In this document: one piece after another, positions 9,785 through 21,735 of the stretch
Layout of the letters: each line of letters starts with the position of its first letter
How positions within the stretch are numbered: position 1 is the first letter of the stretch
DNA from: an uncultured Candidatus Saccharibacteria bacterium
GTDB taxonomy: Bacteria > Patescibacteriota > Minisyncoccia > Phycocordibacterales > UBA2100
NCBI GenBank assembly: GCA_964623775.1
Contig: CAZUVH010000002.1
Span: 1,089 to 65,088 of the forward strand
Direction: 5' to 3'
Length of the DNA: 64,000 nucleotides
The notes under the pieces: generated by a model
Seen by the model: only the letters and a program-made list of their open reading frames with translations
The model's database searches: none
Told to the model about the DNA's origin: nothing
Made by a program: the position numbers and the translations under genes

Positions 9785-10339
9785 TCAAAGACCAAGCCTC
9801 TGTTTTTCCCAATTCAGCGTGTTTTTGAGATCGGTCACACCTCGATGTGTCGGGATGTACAAAGTCCCAGCCTTGTATAGTTCCCGCCCACGCCTGTACT
9901 GGTCGGGCTGAAACTCTACGGGCAAATCTTCATTCGTCTGCAGGTTGTTGTCGTAATCGGCGCACTCTATCTTGAGCGGCTCAACTTCGCCTTGTGCAGC
10001 TAGCGCGATGACTCTTCGGACCACTTCTTCAGAGCCCTCGCGCGTGTCGCCCAGCTTCGGATCATACGAGCATTGCTCGACAAGATATCTGACCCTCGCA
10101 TTGAAGAGTCGCTGGATCATTGTGGGGCTCATCGCCGTATCTTCGATCCCATCGTGAAAAAATCCAGCCACCACGGTCTCGAGATTGCAGCGATACCTTA
10201 TCAGGGCAAGTCCGACGCCGAGGGAGTGTGTGTACGTTGGTACGGGCACGGGCCCGCGACGTACCTGGTCGCCAAATGCGTTAATGACGTGGTCGATCGC
10301 CGCTGTGACGGCATCACCGTAGCTCATCCCATGTTTCAC
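9785..10339 (-). CDS. HD-domain protein, SpoT/RelA-type (p)ppGpp hydrolase-like (small alarmone hydrolase-like)
   Basis: H...FFHDGIEDT motif characteristic of the RSH hydrolase HD domain; no synthetase domain. Start assumed at the GTG with GGAGG RBS (the ORF track extends to 10351). Confidence 0.65.
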   Translation of the reverse strand: MKHGMSYGDAVTAAIDHVINAFGDQVRRGPVPVPTYTHSLGVGLALIRYRCNLETVVAGFFHDGIEDTAMSPTMIQRLFNARVRYLVEQCSYDPKLGDTREGSEEVVRRVIALAAQGEVEPLKIECADYDNNLQTNEDLPVEFQPDQYRRGRELYKAGTLYIPTHRGVTDLKNTLNWEKQRLGL

Positions 10340-10457
10340 CGCAGCCTCCAATTTTATGAATTTTATGCTGAAAATACTTTACTATAAAATACGGTTTTGT
10401 AAAGGTATAAAAAAACCGCGATGCGTTGCTCTGTTGAGCATTGCATCGCGGCCTGAA

Positions 10458-11081
10458 TCAGCAACCGGAGACCTCGTCTTCCTCGAGATCGTCCTCGTCT
10501 TCGAAGATATCGTCCTTGAGGGGGGTGGTCTTCAGATTGGTTCGCTGCGTGACGACATCCTTTTGGACGCCGACGTCGTACATCGACACAATCATCTCAT
10601 TTCCGCCTTCGAGGCGAGATGCAGCAGCTTCGAGGAGTCGCACGAGCGTCTCGCGACCGCTCGGAAGGTGACCGATGGTAACGATGCCTCGGTAAGCAAA
10701 CACATCATTTTCGTCTCCGCCGCGCTCCCTGATATCAAGATAGCGTACCTGGGCATCAAGGAGATTGAGAGCCGCATTGATCCGCGTGGAGTCCTTGCTT
10801 CCGGGCGAGTGCAGCATCATCACCACGACGTTACTCGTACCAAATGTGAATCGCTTCAACTTCACCTTGATCCCGAAATGCCGCACCGCTGCGCGATAGA
10901 TGTGCCCGATCGGGTCACAAATGACCGCTTCCTGGCTAAATACAGAGACGGGGTTGCCGGCGCGGTCCGTCGACAGGTTGTTGGTCGAATAATCTGCCGG
11001 ATTCTTGAGAGATTCGGCGGCCAAGAGGGCGATTGCCCTCAAATCCGAAGCGGGGATGTCTCTTGCGACGTACTGGTTCAT
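10458..11081 (-). CDS. hypothetical protein with acidic C-terminal tail
   Basis: 207-aa ORF with strong AAGGGAG RBS; tail DDIFEDEDDLEEDEVSGC; no confident family. Confidence 0.5.
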   Translation of the reverse strand: MNQYVARDIPASDLRAIALLAAESLKNPADYSTNNLSTDRAGNPVSVFSQEAVICDPIGHIYRAAVRHFGIKVKLKRFTFGTSNVVVMMLHSPGSKDSTRINAALNLLDAQVRYLDIRERGGDENDVFAYRGIVTIGHLPSGRETLVRLLEAAASRLEGGNEMIVSMYDVGVQKDVVTQRTNLKTTPLKDDIFEDEDDLEEDEVSGC

Positions 11082-11259
11082 GGGCGGCTCCCTTTCTGAC
11101 TTTGTTTGATGAATTTCGTCTGGTCGGATGTAATCACTTTAGGGGACAGCTGTCAAGCAAAAATGTATAATAATGGCTTAGTTGAGCCATTTTTACCTAT
11201 TGACAGTATACCTGCTCTGTGATAATATATATAAAGCAAGGAATTCAGACTTGCGTCAA

Positions 11260-11862
11260 ATGACATCAATCTTCAGTACGGCCCTCATGGGGCTTCTTCT
11301 TTTGCCAAGCGCCAGCACGACTATCCCGACAGCCCAGCCGTGGACAAAAGCAGCCCCCGTAGAGCCCACATATGTGACACACACCGTTTCCATGACGGGT
11401 TATAACGCTATTGCCGGCCAGACCGACGACACGCCTTTTATTACGTCGATTGGTCTCCGTGTAAACCCTGAAATCGGTGCCGCTGCATCGCGCGATCTCA
11501 TTAAAGGGGAGTTGCCGTACGGGACCGTGATCGAGCTCGTACCCGGTGCCGCAGAGATGGCAAGCGGCGGATGCGAATTACCTGCGGTGGAGGAGTATAT
11601 CCAGTACCGCGTCATTACCGACACAATGCACCAGCGTCATACCGAGCACGTGGACGTACTTTTTAGTCCGGAAGACAAGGTCAAAATCGGACGCAATACA
11701 CTGAGCGCTGCACGCGCGATCGGCTGGTGCAACGATGTGCAGATCCGCGTCGTGGGCCGTGTCGATATCAAAGAGGTGCCGGAAACTCAAAAGGAACTCA
11801 GGCAGATGGTTGCCCAGCAATTGGGGAAGAACATCAAGCAAGATATCGCCCTCGCCAAGTAA
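11260..11862 (+). CDS. secreted 3D-domain (MltA-like double-psi beta-barrel) protein
   Basis: Signal peptide MTSIFSTALMGLLLLPSAS. TGYNAIAGQTDDTPFITS ... VITDTM ... VDVLF resemble the three conserved Asp of 3D domains. Confidence 0.5.
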   Translation: MTSIFSTALMGLLLLPSASTTIPTAQPWTKAAPVEPTYVTHTVSMTGYNAIAGQTDDTPFITSIGLRVNPEIGAAASRDLIKGELPYGTVIELVPGAAEMASGGCELPAVEEYIQYRVITDTMHQRHTEHVDVLFSPEDKVKIGRNTLSAARAIGWCNDVQIRVVGRVDIKEVPETQKELRQMVAQQLGKNIKQDIALAK

Positions 11863-11891
11863 ACTCGTGGCGCACGGGGTATACTCATTCA

Positions 11892-12758
11892 ATGCGACCA
11901 TGTCACACCGTCGAAATACACACGCCCGAAGGCGTCGCGCTCAATGGATTGTGGTTCGGGCCAAAGCGGCCGAAGCGTGCCATTTTGTGGGTACATGGCT
12001 TAGGCAGCTCTACGTTTAGCAAGCTTTCAATCGTCGATCATCTTATCGACGCCAGTACCGCAGTCCTTACTTTCAATAATCGCGGATCGGCCAAAGTTTC
12101 GAGCTCCTCACTCTCTCGCAAGAAGCGCAATCGTGCAGGCGCGGCGCACGAAGTATTCACCGAATGCGTTGATGATATCGAGGGAGCGATTCGTTTCGCT
12201 AGAAAACAGGGCGCACAGGAAATCTATCTGGCAGGACACTCTACTGGCTGTCAGAAATCTGCATATTGGGCCGCGAAAAAAGGTCGTGGCGTGAAAGGGA
12301 TCATCCTGCTTGCGCCCGTGAGCGATTACGCTGCAGCAGTGCATCTCGATGGCAAAGCGAAAATCGCACGCGCGTTGTCTGAGGCGAGAAAACTAATCAA
12401 GGCAGGGAGGCCACATGAATTACTCACTGAAAAATATTGGCAGTGGTCGCAGCTCGCGGACGCGCAGCGATTCGTCAGCTTGTATTCGGGAGAGAGCGAA
12501 GAAGAGATTTTTACCTACTGGGATCCGAAAAGAAATCCAAAGACGCTTCGAGCGATCAAGCAGCCACTCCTCGTGATACTCGCAGAAAAGGATGAGTACG
12601 CTGATCGGCCTGCGGAAAAAATGCAGGACTGGTTTGCCGAGCATATGAAAGTGGGGGATGAAATCGAAATTATAAAAAAATCACCCCACGGTTTTCAGGG
12701 AGTCGAAAAGAAGGTGGCAAATGGAATAAAAAAATGGATTCTTGGAGGATCCAGTTAA
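11892..12758 (+). CDS. alpha/beta-fold hydrolase
   Basis: LWVHGLGSS oxyanion region and GHSTG nucleophile elbow; start taken at the ATG at 11892 in frame with the ORF-track entry. Confidence 0.65.
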   Translation: MRPCHTVEIHTPEGVALNGLWFGPKRPKRAILWVHGLGSSTFSKLSIVDHLIDASTAVLTFNNRGSAKVSSSSLSRKKRNRAGAAHEVFTECVDDIEGAIRFARKQGAQEIYLAGHSTGCQKSAYWAAKKGRGVKGIILLAPVSDYAAAVHLDGKAKIARALSEARKLIKAGRPHELLTEKYWQWSQLADAQRFVSLYSGESEEEIFTYWDPKRNPKTLRAIKQPLLVILAEKDEYADRPAEKMQDWFAEHMKVGDEIEIIKKSPHGFQGVEKKVANGIKKWILGGSS

Positions 12759-12761
12759 AAA

Positions 12762-12790
12762 AGCGGGTCCGAAGACCCGCTTTGCATGTG
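12762..12790. terminator. bidirectional intrinsic terminator
   Basis: agcgggtc-cgaa-gacccgct hairpin between convergent genes. Confidence 0.55.
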
Positions 12791-12799
12791 CTGAGTACG

Positions 12800-13357
12800 T
12801 TAATGTGGAATAAAATGGGATTTTTCGAATCCGTTCAGCGCTTCGTTACGATGAGCGATTGTCAGAATCTTTTTGTTGAAAGCTTCCTCAAAATATCGCT
12901 TGCCTCTGAAGACGGTGTAATTGTTGGGCAAATGGGCCGTGTGTTCTACCACGTGGCCGATAGCGTTGACGCTCAGATTGATCGTCCGAACGATCTGAGT
13001 GGCCCAGCACCTACCGTTTTCCGATGGAGGTATTTTTTTCAAGCTCCAAGTGAGAAGAGTGCCTTCACTTGTTGTGCGTAGGCATTCCGCCCATAACGAA
13101 AGCTTACTTGCCGGCTTTGCCTCCATACCGAGGAAGGTTTCGATAGGTCCAAGATCCTGGGTAATCGATATTTTGTCGAACTGCAGGTTCCACTCGTCTT
13201 TCACCTGATAAAGCCATGGCATCTCGCCTAGCTTTCGAAGATTTTCCTCCACAAGACGGTCGATCCCGATCCTAATTCTGGCAGCCTTATTCCAAAGACT
13301 CATCGTAATCTCCTGCGCATGCCGCGCTTTGAACCCATCCGGGTCTGGCTGGTGCAC
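12800..13357 (-). CDS. hypothetical protein
   Basis: 185-aa ORF; no motifs recognised. Confidence 0.4.
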   Translation of the reverse strand: MHQPDPDGFKARHAQEITMSLWNKAARIRIGIDRLVEENLRKLGEMPWLYQVKDEWNLQFDKISITQDLGPIETFLGMEAKPASKLSLWAECLRTTSEGTLLTWSLKKIPPSENGRCWATQIVRTINLSVNAIGHVVEHTAHLPNNYTVFRGKRYFEEAFNKKILTIAHRNEALNGFEKSHFIPH

Positions 13358-13447
13358 TATTACACCTCTGCCTTTTTACTCTAACTGAATGCAAAGTCAA
13401 TCGCGGCCTTCATCGGGAGCTAAAATATGGTACGATAGCCGCACTTT

Positions 13448-14269
13448 ATGACCGAAGCCGGACCTGTAATCGATGAACATGCTGCCGAGGCACTTGCTAC
13501 GACCGCAGAATCTGCGGCGCATTCTGATGGCGGCATACACGTATCGATCGCCGCTGAAAAACTTGGTGAATTCATAGGTATTCCGATCACCAATGCACTC
13601 GTCACGAGCTGGATCGTCATCGGACTCCTTGTGGTATTTGCATTCCTCCTGCGCAGCAGACTCTCGCTCATACCGGGGAAATTGCAGGTACTTATCGAAG
13701 ACGCTTTTTCATTTGTATACGACTATGTCGCCGAGACGCTTGAGAGCGCGGACATGGCGCGCCGTTTTTTCCCGCTGCTCATGACCATCTTCCTTTTTAT
13801 ATTTGTGGGCAACATGCTCCACTTCATTCCGGGTGTCGGGTCGCTCACGTACGACGGTCATCCATTTTTGCGTGCCCCCAATACCGATCTCACCGTACCA
13901 CTCGTGCTCGCGATCATCTCTTTTTTCGTCATCGAATTCACCGGCATCTTCGCAATCGGCGTGTGGAAGTACGGACAGAAGTTTCTCGTCAATCCCTTCC
14001 GTGATCCGATCGGCGCCATGGTTGGATTCATCGAGATCATCGGCGAACTCGTACGCGTCGTTTCGCTCTCGTTCCGACTCTTCGGCAACATTCTCGCCGG
14101 CGAAATCATTATCGCCGTAGCGATCTTTTTCGCGCCGTATTTGGGCCCGGTACCGCTCATGATGTTTGAGGTATTCATCGGATTCCTCCAGGCTGCTATC
14201 TTCGCGCTCCTCACGCTCTTTTTCATCAAACTCGCTATCGCAGAGCCCCACGGCGCCGAAGCGCATTAA
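13448..14269 (+). CDS. atpB: F0F1 ATP synthase subunit a
   Basis: Multi-TM protein ending LFGNILAGEII...PLMMFEVFIGFLQAAIFALLTLFFIKLAIAEPHGAEAH with the conserved essential Arg region (SLSFRLFGN). Confidence 0.9.
   Translation: MTEAGPVIDEHAAEALATTAESAAHSDGGIHVSIAAEKLGEFIGIPITNALVTSWIVIGLLVVFAFLLRSRLSLIPGKLQVLIEDAFSFVYDYVAETLESADMARRFFPLLMTIFLFIFVGNMLHFIPGVGSLTYDGHPFLRAPNTDLTVPLVLAIISFFVIEFTGIFAIGVWKYGQKFLVNPFRDPIGAMVGFIEIIGELVRVVSLSFRLFGNILAGEIIIAVAIFFAPYLGPVPLMMFEVFIGFLQAAIFALLTLFFIKLAIAEPHGAEAH
14153..14269 (+). repeat. direct repeat copy 1 (native 3' end of atpB)
   Basis: 117 bp, about 96% identical to 14885..15001. Confidence 0.85.
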
Positions 14270-14282
14270 GTACATAAAGAAA

Positions 14283-14308
14283 AAGACTCCGCGATTCATC
14301 GCAGAGCC
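14283..14308 (-). terminator. intrinsic terminator for cassette gene 14318..14797
   Basis: ctctgcga-tgaa-tcgcggag hairpin with T-run on the minus strand. Confidence 0.45.
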
Positions 14309-14317
14309 TTTGAGGTA

Positions 14318-14797
14318 TCAATTATGCATTCCGGCTTTTTTTGAGGGGAACAGGCGTACGAACGTACCCCAAATAACAAAGAGCAATAAGGTTCCGAATA
14401 TGATCGTCGTGATAGTAAATCCGATACCCGTCATATCTCCCGCAAAAAACCTCATCCAGATGTTGATGACAGCAGCTCCCAGCCACGATATCGCAAAAGG
14501 TGCTGCCCAGGGTGCAATTTTCTCACGATCTTCTGTAAGTTGTGCTGAGGCTACACCTACGCCGGTCATATTGAAGTAAATGCCGAGACAAAAAGCAACG
14601 GCAATAATTCCCACGAGTCCCCAAAAGAGTGTGACAATGATCTGAATTGCAGCCGTTATGCCCATTGAAAGCGGCATAAAATGCGGATTCAAATTATAAT
14701 CGACCGGAGGAATCAATGGGTAGAAGCCGGTGATTATCCAGATGAGAAGAAGACACATGGCCAGACTCTTCAGAAAATTCGTTGCGAACATCGTCAT
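14318..14797 (-). CDS. integral membrane protein (hypothetical), cassette inserted between atpB and atpE
   Basis: 159 aa with four to five TM helices; GGAG RBS; candidate TTGCAA-17-TATACC promoter upstream on the minus strand. Confidence 0.55.
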   Translation of the reverse strand: MTMFATNFLKSLAMCLLLIWIITGFYPLIPPVDYNLNPHFMPLSMGITAAIQIIVTLFWGLVGIIAVAFCLGIYFNMTGVGVASAQLTEDREKIAPWAAPFAISWLGAAVINIWMRFFAGDMTGIGFTITTIIFGTLLLFVIWGTFVRLFPSKKAGMHN

Positions 14798-14884
14798 TCT
14801 CCAATCGGTGAAGGGTTATTTCCTATAAAAGGTATACGTGGCACGTGTTCGTTTTGCAAGGCACATGGATGTGCATTAAAAAAG

Positions 14885-15001
14885 CCGCTCATGATGTTTG
14901 AGGTATTCATCGGATTCCTCCAGGCTGCCATCTTCGCGCTCCTCACGCTTTTCTTCATCAAGCTCGCTATCGCAGAGCCCCACGGCGCCGAAGCGCACTA
15001 A
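14885..15001 (+). repeat. direct repeat copy 2: displaced duplicate of atpB 3' end (last ~38 codons plus stop), remnant
   Basis: Encodes MMFEVFIGFLQAAIFALLTLFFIKLAIAEPHGAEAH*, identical in protein to the atpB C-terminus. All five nt differences are synonymous. Confidence 0.85.
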
Positions 15002-15013
15002 TACAAAGGCCGC

Positions 15014-15704
<691 letters not shown>

Positions 15705-15727
15705 TCAGGTGACTCATCGTTTTTCTT

Positions 15728-16174
15728 ATGAGCGAATTGTTCGCAGCGTTTGGTCTGAATTGGAAGCTCCTCTTAATCCAGGGGCTCAATTTCGGTGCAC
15801 TGCTCGCAATACTTTCGTACCTCCTCTACAAACCTGTCTTTCGTATGCTCGACGAACGCCAGAAGAAAATAGCCGAGGGAGTGAAGACGGCCGAAGCTGC
15901 GGCAGGTAAGCTCGAGAGCGCAAAACACGAGAGCGAAGCGATCGTGGGCAAGGCCGCTCGTGAAGCCGAGGAGCTCGTCTCAAACGCACGCTCGCATGCT
16001 CAAGATCGTGGCGACGAAATCGTACGCGCGGCTGAAGAGCGCGCAGCATCGACGCTCAAGGACGCTCAGATGAAAGCCGACGAAGCCAAACGCCAGGCGC
16101 TTCTCGAGAGTCAGAAAGATATCGCGCGCGCCGCAATGCTCGCCGCTGAGAAAATTCTTCGCGAAAAAGCATAA
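15728..16174 (+). CDS. atpF: F0F1 ATP synthase subunit b
   Basis: Single N-terminal TM then long charged helix; operon position. Confidence 0.85.
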   Translation: MSELFAAFGLNWKLLLIQGLNFGALLAILSYLLYKPVFRMLDERQKKIAEGVKTAEAAAGKLESAKHESEAIVGKAAREAEELVSNARSHAQDRGDEIVRAAEERAASTLKDAQMKADEAKRQALLESQKDIARAAMLAAEKILREKA

Positions 16175-16176
16175 GT

Positions 16177-16572
16177 ATGGAAACCGCCTACGCACAAGCA
16201 CTTTGGAAGATGATCGACGGTGGCATGGATCATGCCAAGGCCGTAAAATCCCTCCATCAAATTCTTGTCGCGAAGGGCCGCTCGGTTTTGATGCCTCGAA
16301 TCGCTCGGGCATTCGAGCGCATTGCTGCGCGGGAGATCGCGCGAAGCGGCATGACTCTCACCGTCGCCCATGCAAAAGACGAGCAGCATGCAAAGACCGC
16401 CGCAAAAAAGGCGCTCAGCGCATTGCATGCAGATATGCCGAAGCATTTGCATCTGAAGGTAGACGACAGTTTGATTGGCGGATGGAGGCTTGAAGGCGCC
16501 GGCCATCTCATAGACGCGAGTTATAAGAAACAACTGCTCTCGATTTACGGCGCAGCCACGAAAGCAGAATAA
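16177..16572 (+). CDS. atpH: F0F1 ATP synthase subunit delta (short, 131 aa)
   Basis: YAQALW start and C-terminal SLIGGWRLEGAGHLIDASYKKQL typical of OSCP/delta; operon position. Confidence 0.8.
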   Translation: METAYAQALWKMIDGGMDHAKAVKSLHQILVAKGRSVLMPRIARAFERIAAREIARSGMTLTVAHAKDEQHAKTAAKKALSALHADMPKHLHLKVDDSLIGGWRLEGAGHLIDASYKKQLLSIYGAATKAE

Positions 16573-16588
16573 TAATTAATTTTTTATC

Positions 16589-18187
16589 ATGGACTCATCA
16601 ACCGTAGCGAAGATCGTCAAAGAGATCGAACAGTTCAAGCCCGCGCACGAAAGTGCGCACGTCGGACGCGTGACGAGCGTCGGCGACGGCGTCGTCGCGA
16701 TCGACGGCCTCTCCAAGGCGGTGATGAGCGAAATCATTGTTTTTGAGGAATCTGTCGGTAAATCTCTCAAGGAAGCGATGTCCGCCCGAGGCGGATCCGC
16801 CGGGGGCGGACATGTCGAGGGAGAGCTCTTCGGACTCATTTTGAATCTCGAGGAAGACGGCGTCCGTGCGGCGGTGCTTGGCGACACGGCACGCGTAGCG
16901 GAAGGCATGACCGTAAAATCATCGGGCAGAATTCTTTCCGTCCCCTCTGGCGACGAGCTTCTCGGCCGCGTGGTCAACGCACTCGGCGAGCCAATCGACG
17001 GCAAAGGACCTTTCAAGAATGTCACCATGATGCCTGTCGAACGCGAAGCGTTTGGCGTCATCGATCGCAAATCAGTATCAGTGCCGATGGCCACAGGCAT
17101 CAAGGCAATCGACGCGATGGTCCCGATTGGTCGCGGCCAGCGCGAGCTCATCATCGGCGACCGTGGCACCGGCAAGACGACTATTGCAATCGACACCATC
17201 ATCAACCAGCGCAACGAACCCGCTGAGAAGCGCCCGATCTGTATCTATGTAGCGATCGGTCAGAAGGAATCGAAGACCGCGCGCATCATGCAGCAGCTTC
17301 GCGAAGAGCACGCACTCGACTACACGATTATCGTCGACGCGCCCGCATCAGCTCCCGCCGCGCTCCAATTCCTAGCTCCATTTTCTGGCGTCGCGATCGG
17401 TGAATATTTCATGGAGAAGGGCAGGGATGTACTCATCATCTACGACGACCTCTCCAAGCAGGCAGTCGCGTACCGCGAGCTCTCGCTCCTCCTTCGTCGT
17501 CCGCCGGGCCGCGAAGCGTATCCGGGCGACATCTTCTACCTCCACTCGCGCCTCCTCGAGCGCGCGGCGTGTCTCTCGAAAGAGAAGGGCGGCGGCTCGA
17601 TCACAGCGCTTCCGATCATCGAGACGCAAGATGGCGACGTGTCCGGCTATATTCCGACCAACGTAATCTCGATCACCGACGGTCAGATCTTCTTGATTCC
17701 CGAGCTCTTCAACAAAGGCATTCGCCCTGCGATTGATGTCGGTATCTCCGTCTCGCGTGTCGGCTCATCGGCGCAGACCAAGGCCACCAAGGCGGTCGCG
17801 GGCGGTCTCAAGCTCACGCTGGCGCAATTCCGCGATCTTGAAGCATTTATGCAGTTTGCCCAGGATCTCGACAAGGCGACGGCCGAGCAGATTGGTGTCG
17901 GTCAGCGCATGGTGGAACTCCTCAAGCAGAAAAATGGCGCACCGATCCCGATGGAAATGCAGGTGGCGATACTTTTTGCTGCAGGTCAGAAGCTCTTTGC
18001 CACCGTGCCCGTATCGCGCATCTCCGAAGCCGAGGCGAAGCTCACTGCGTTTCTCGACGGACAAGCTACAGAGACGCTCGCGGAGATCAAAAAGACCGCC
18101 GTGCTTTCCGATGAATTGAAAGCGAAACTCAACAAAGCATTCGAAGAATTCAAGCTCGCACACCCCGACCTCTTCGAGACGAAGTAA
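16589..18187 (+). CDS. atpA: F0F1 ATP synthase subunit alpha
   Basis: P-loop GDRGTGKTTIAIDTIINQ and alpha-specific conserved blocks; 532 aa. Confidence 0.95.
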   Translation: MDSSTVAKIVKEIEQFKPAHESAHVGRVTSVGDGVVAIDGLSKAVMSEIIVFEESVGKSLKEAMSARGGSAGGGHVEGELFGLILNLEEDGVRAAVLGDTARVAEGMTVKSSGRILSVPSGDELLGRVVNALGEPIDGKGPFKNVTMMPVEREAFGVIDRKSVSVPMATGIKAIDAMVPIGRGQRELIIGDRGTGKTTIAIDTIINQRNEPAEKRPICIYVAIGQKESKTARIMQQLREEHALDYTIIVDAPASAPAALQFLAPFSGVAIGEYFMEKGRDVLIIYDDLSKQAVAYRELSLLLRRPPGREAYPGDIFYLHSRLLERAACLSKEKGGGSITALPIIETQDGDVSGYIPTNVISITDGQIFLIPELFNKGIRPAIDVGISVSRVGSSAQTKATKAVAGGLKLTLAQFRDLEAFMQFAQDLDKATAEQIGVGQRMVELLKQKNGAPIPMEMQVAILFAAGQKLFATVPVSRISEAEAKLTAFLDGQATETLAEIKKTAVLSDELKAKLNKAFEEFKLAHPDLFETK

Positions 18188-18192
18188 AAACT

Positions 18193-18591
18193 ATGTTCGA
18201 GAGATTCCCCAAAAAACCCAAAGATGATGATGAGCATGACCCTGCGGAGGAATTGACCAACGAAGACCTTGAAAAAATTGCAGAGGAGGCCGCAAAGATG
18301 ACTCCTGACGAAAGGATGTATTTCACACGCGAAGAGATCGCTCAATCGCAAAATAAGATGCATTTTCAGCAGGAAAGAGTCGCACATCTGAACGCGCAGA
18401 TCGAAAACCTGAAGGAGCGCCTGCGATCACTAAGTGGGGCGGAAAAAGAATTTATTCAAAAACAACTCGATGAGAAAATCGCCCACCGCGACGAATACAG
18501 CGAAGCTATGGCGGAGCTTGAGGAAGATGTGGCTGAAGGTAAAGATGTTCTCGATAATCTCGAACAAAGCAACAAGAAGCATTTCAACTAA
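18193..18591 (+). CDS. acidic coiled-coil protein embedded in ATP synthase operon (hypothetical)
   Basis: 132 aa, starts 6 nt after the atpA stop and ends 3 nt before the atpG start; very acidic, heptad-like. Confidence 0.6.
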   Translation: MFERFPKKPKDDDEHDPAEELTNEDLEKIAEEAAKMTPDERMYFTREEIAQSQNKMHFQQERVAHLNAQIENLKERLRSLSGAEKEFIQKQLDEKIAHRDEYSEAMAELEEDVAEGKDVLDNLEQSNKKHFN

Positions 18592-18593
18592 CT

Positions 18594-19571
18594 ATGGCAT
18601 CGCTTAAAAACATAAAACTCAAGATTTACTCGTACAAGAAGACGGGGACTGTCACGCACGCCATGGAGGCAGTGTCTGCCGTAAAGATGCGCAAGGCACA
18701 GGAGCGGGCACTCTCGGGCCGCGCGTACGCTGCTGTAGGGCTCTCGGTGCTTGAGCGACTCTCTGGTACCGCCGATCTCAAGCGTCATGCACTCATGTCG
18801 GCCCAAGGCCGATCTCAACCCAAGGCTGATGAGCCTAGGGCTCACGCCTCGGGCGGACAGTATGCGGGAAAAACATGTTTTATTTTGGTTACATCCGATA
18901 AGGGTCTCGCAGGATCACTCAATAGCGGTGTTATACGCAAGCTCGAGCAAGAACTCATCGATCGCAACCTTGAGCAGAAAGATGTCGTTATGATCGGCAT
19001 TGGGCGTCGCGGTGCAGACTTTTTTGCAAATCGCGGATATGAAGTGCGTGCAAAGATCGAAAATGTCGCAGAGAGCATCTCTGAGCAGGATATACGCGAG
19101 GTCACCAACAGGGTGATCGAGTGGCATGCGAGTGGCGAGATAAGCCAGTGCGTCGTCGTGTACCAAAATTTCATATCAACATTCGAGCAGCACCCGAGCG
19201 TCCGCCAGCTCGTCCCGGTGACCACCGCCTCGATGCGCGACATGGTGAAGGGCATCCGTCCGGCCAAGGGTCGCTATGCGCCCGCGCAAGATACAGAGCT
19301 CAAAGAGGGGCCGGCCGCCTATACGATCGAGCCCGATGCCGATACCGTCCTTGCGCTCCTTTTGCCGCGCCTCCTCAATGTCGCCGTCTTCCATGCGGTC
19401 TTGGAGAATAAGGCTTCCGAGCACTCCGCGCGCATGGTCGCGATGAAAAGCGCGACGGATAAGGCGAAGGAGATGGCGCACAATCTGACGCGCAAGTTCA
19501 ACAAGGTGCGTCAGGCGGCGATCACACGCGAGGTATCGGAAATCACTTCCGGTATGGAAGCGATGAAGTAG
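18594..19571 (+). CDS. atpG: F0F1 ATP synthase subunit gamma
   Basis: MASLKNIKLKI...T..AMEAVSAVKMRKAQ N-terminus and C-terminal helix RQAAITREVSEI; 325 aa (longer than typical). Confidence 0.9.
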   Translation: MASLKNIKLKIYSYKKTGTVTHAMEAVSAVKMRKAQERALSGRAYAAVGLSVLERLSGTADLKRHALMSAQGRSQPKADEPRAHASGGQYAGKTCFILVTSDKGLAGSLNSGVIRKLEQELIDRNLEQKDVVMIGIGRRGADFFANRGYEVRAKIENVAESISEQDIREVTNRVIEWHASGEISQCVVVYQNFISTFEQHPSVRQLVPVTTASMRDMVKGIRPAKGRYAPAQDTELKEGPAAYTIEPDADTVLALLLPRLLNVAVFHAVLENKASEHSARMVAMKSATDKAKEMAHNLTRKFNKVRQAAITREVSEITSGMEAMK

Positions 19572-19573
19572 TT

Positions 19574-21354
<1,781 letters not shown>

Positions 21355-21421
21355 TTAGCAGTGAGCAGAAGATGCATTATCCAATACTGATAACTGGCAA
21401 CTGAAAACTATAAACTGACTT

Positions 21422-21673
21422 ATGGCTGAACACGGCACACTTCATCTCGTTATTGCATCCGTCGGCGCGACGCGCTTCGACGGCCCTGCGGTATCAGTGA
21501 CTCTTCCGGGAGAATCCGGCGAATTTACCGTGCTTGCCCATCACGAGCCGATCGTCACGACGCTCAAGCCCGGTAAGATCACAGTGAGAGAGCAGGGAGG
21601 CGAACACAAAGAATTTGAAGTCGAAAACGGCGTCGTCGAAGTGAGCAACAATCGCGCCGTCGTTCTCCTTTAG
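21422..21673 (+). CDS. atpC: F0F1 ATP synthase subunit epsilon (83 aa, beta-sandwich domain only)
   Basis: Sequence typical of the epsilon N-terminal domain; lacks the C-terminal helical hairpin. Confidence 0.8.
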   Translation: MAEHGTLHLVIASVGATRFDGPAVSVTLPGESGEFTVLAHHEPIVTTLKPGKITVREQGGEHKEFEVENGVVEVSNNRAVVLL

Positions 21674-21735
21674 CATTTTCCCCGTTTCTAAATTTTCCTC
21701 CTACGTATCGCGTGCTTCCGCGATATACTTTGCAT

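Noticed and set aside
10458-11081. toxSAS-type (p)ppGpp/ppApp synthetase toxin paired with the downstream HD hydrolase
   Set aside because: Could not find the RSH synthetase motifs (RxKxxxS, DxxGxR, GYRSxH, EIQIRT). Only weak lookalikes; kept as hypothetical protein.
10356-11099. 247-aa plus-strand ORF
   Set aside because: Entirely antisense to the better-supported minus-strand gene 10458..11081 (strong RBS, Met start). Low-complexity Ser/Arg-rich translation typical of a shadow ORF.
14681-15001. 106-aa plus-strand ORF as a real gene
   Set aside because: Only its last 38 codons are atpB-like (the duplicated terminus). Upstream part is antisense to the cassette gene 14318..14797 and has no features; treated as a remnant, not a CDS.
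16576-17214. 212-aa minus-strand ORF and other Ser/Arg/Pro-rich ORFs across atpA/atpD
   Set aside because: Shadow ORFs inside highly conserved ATP synthase genes.
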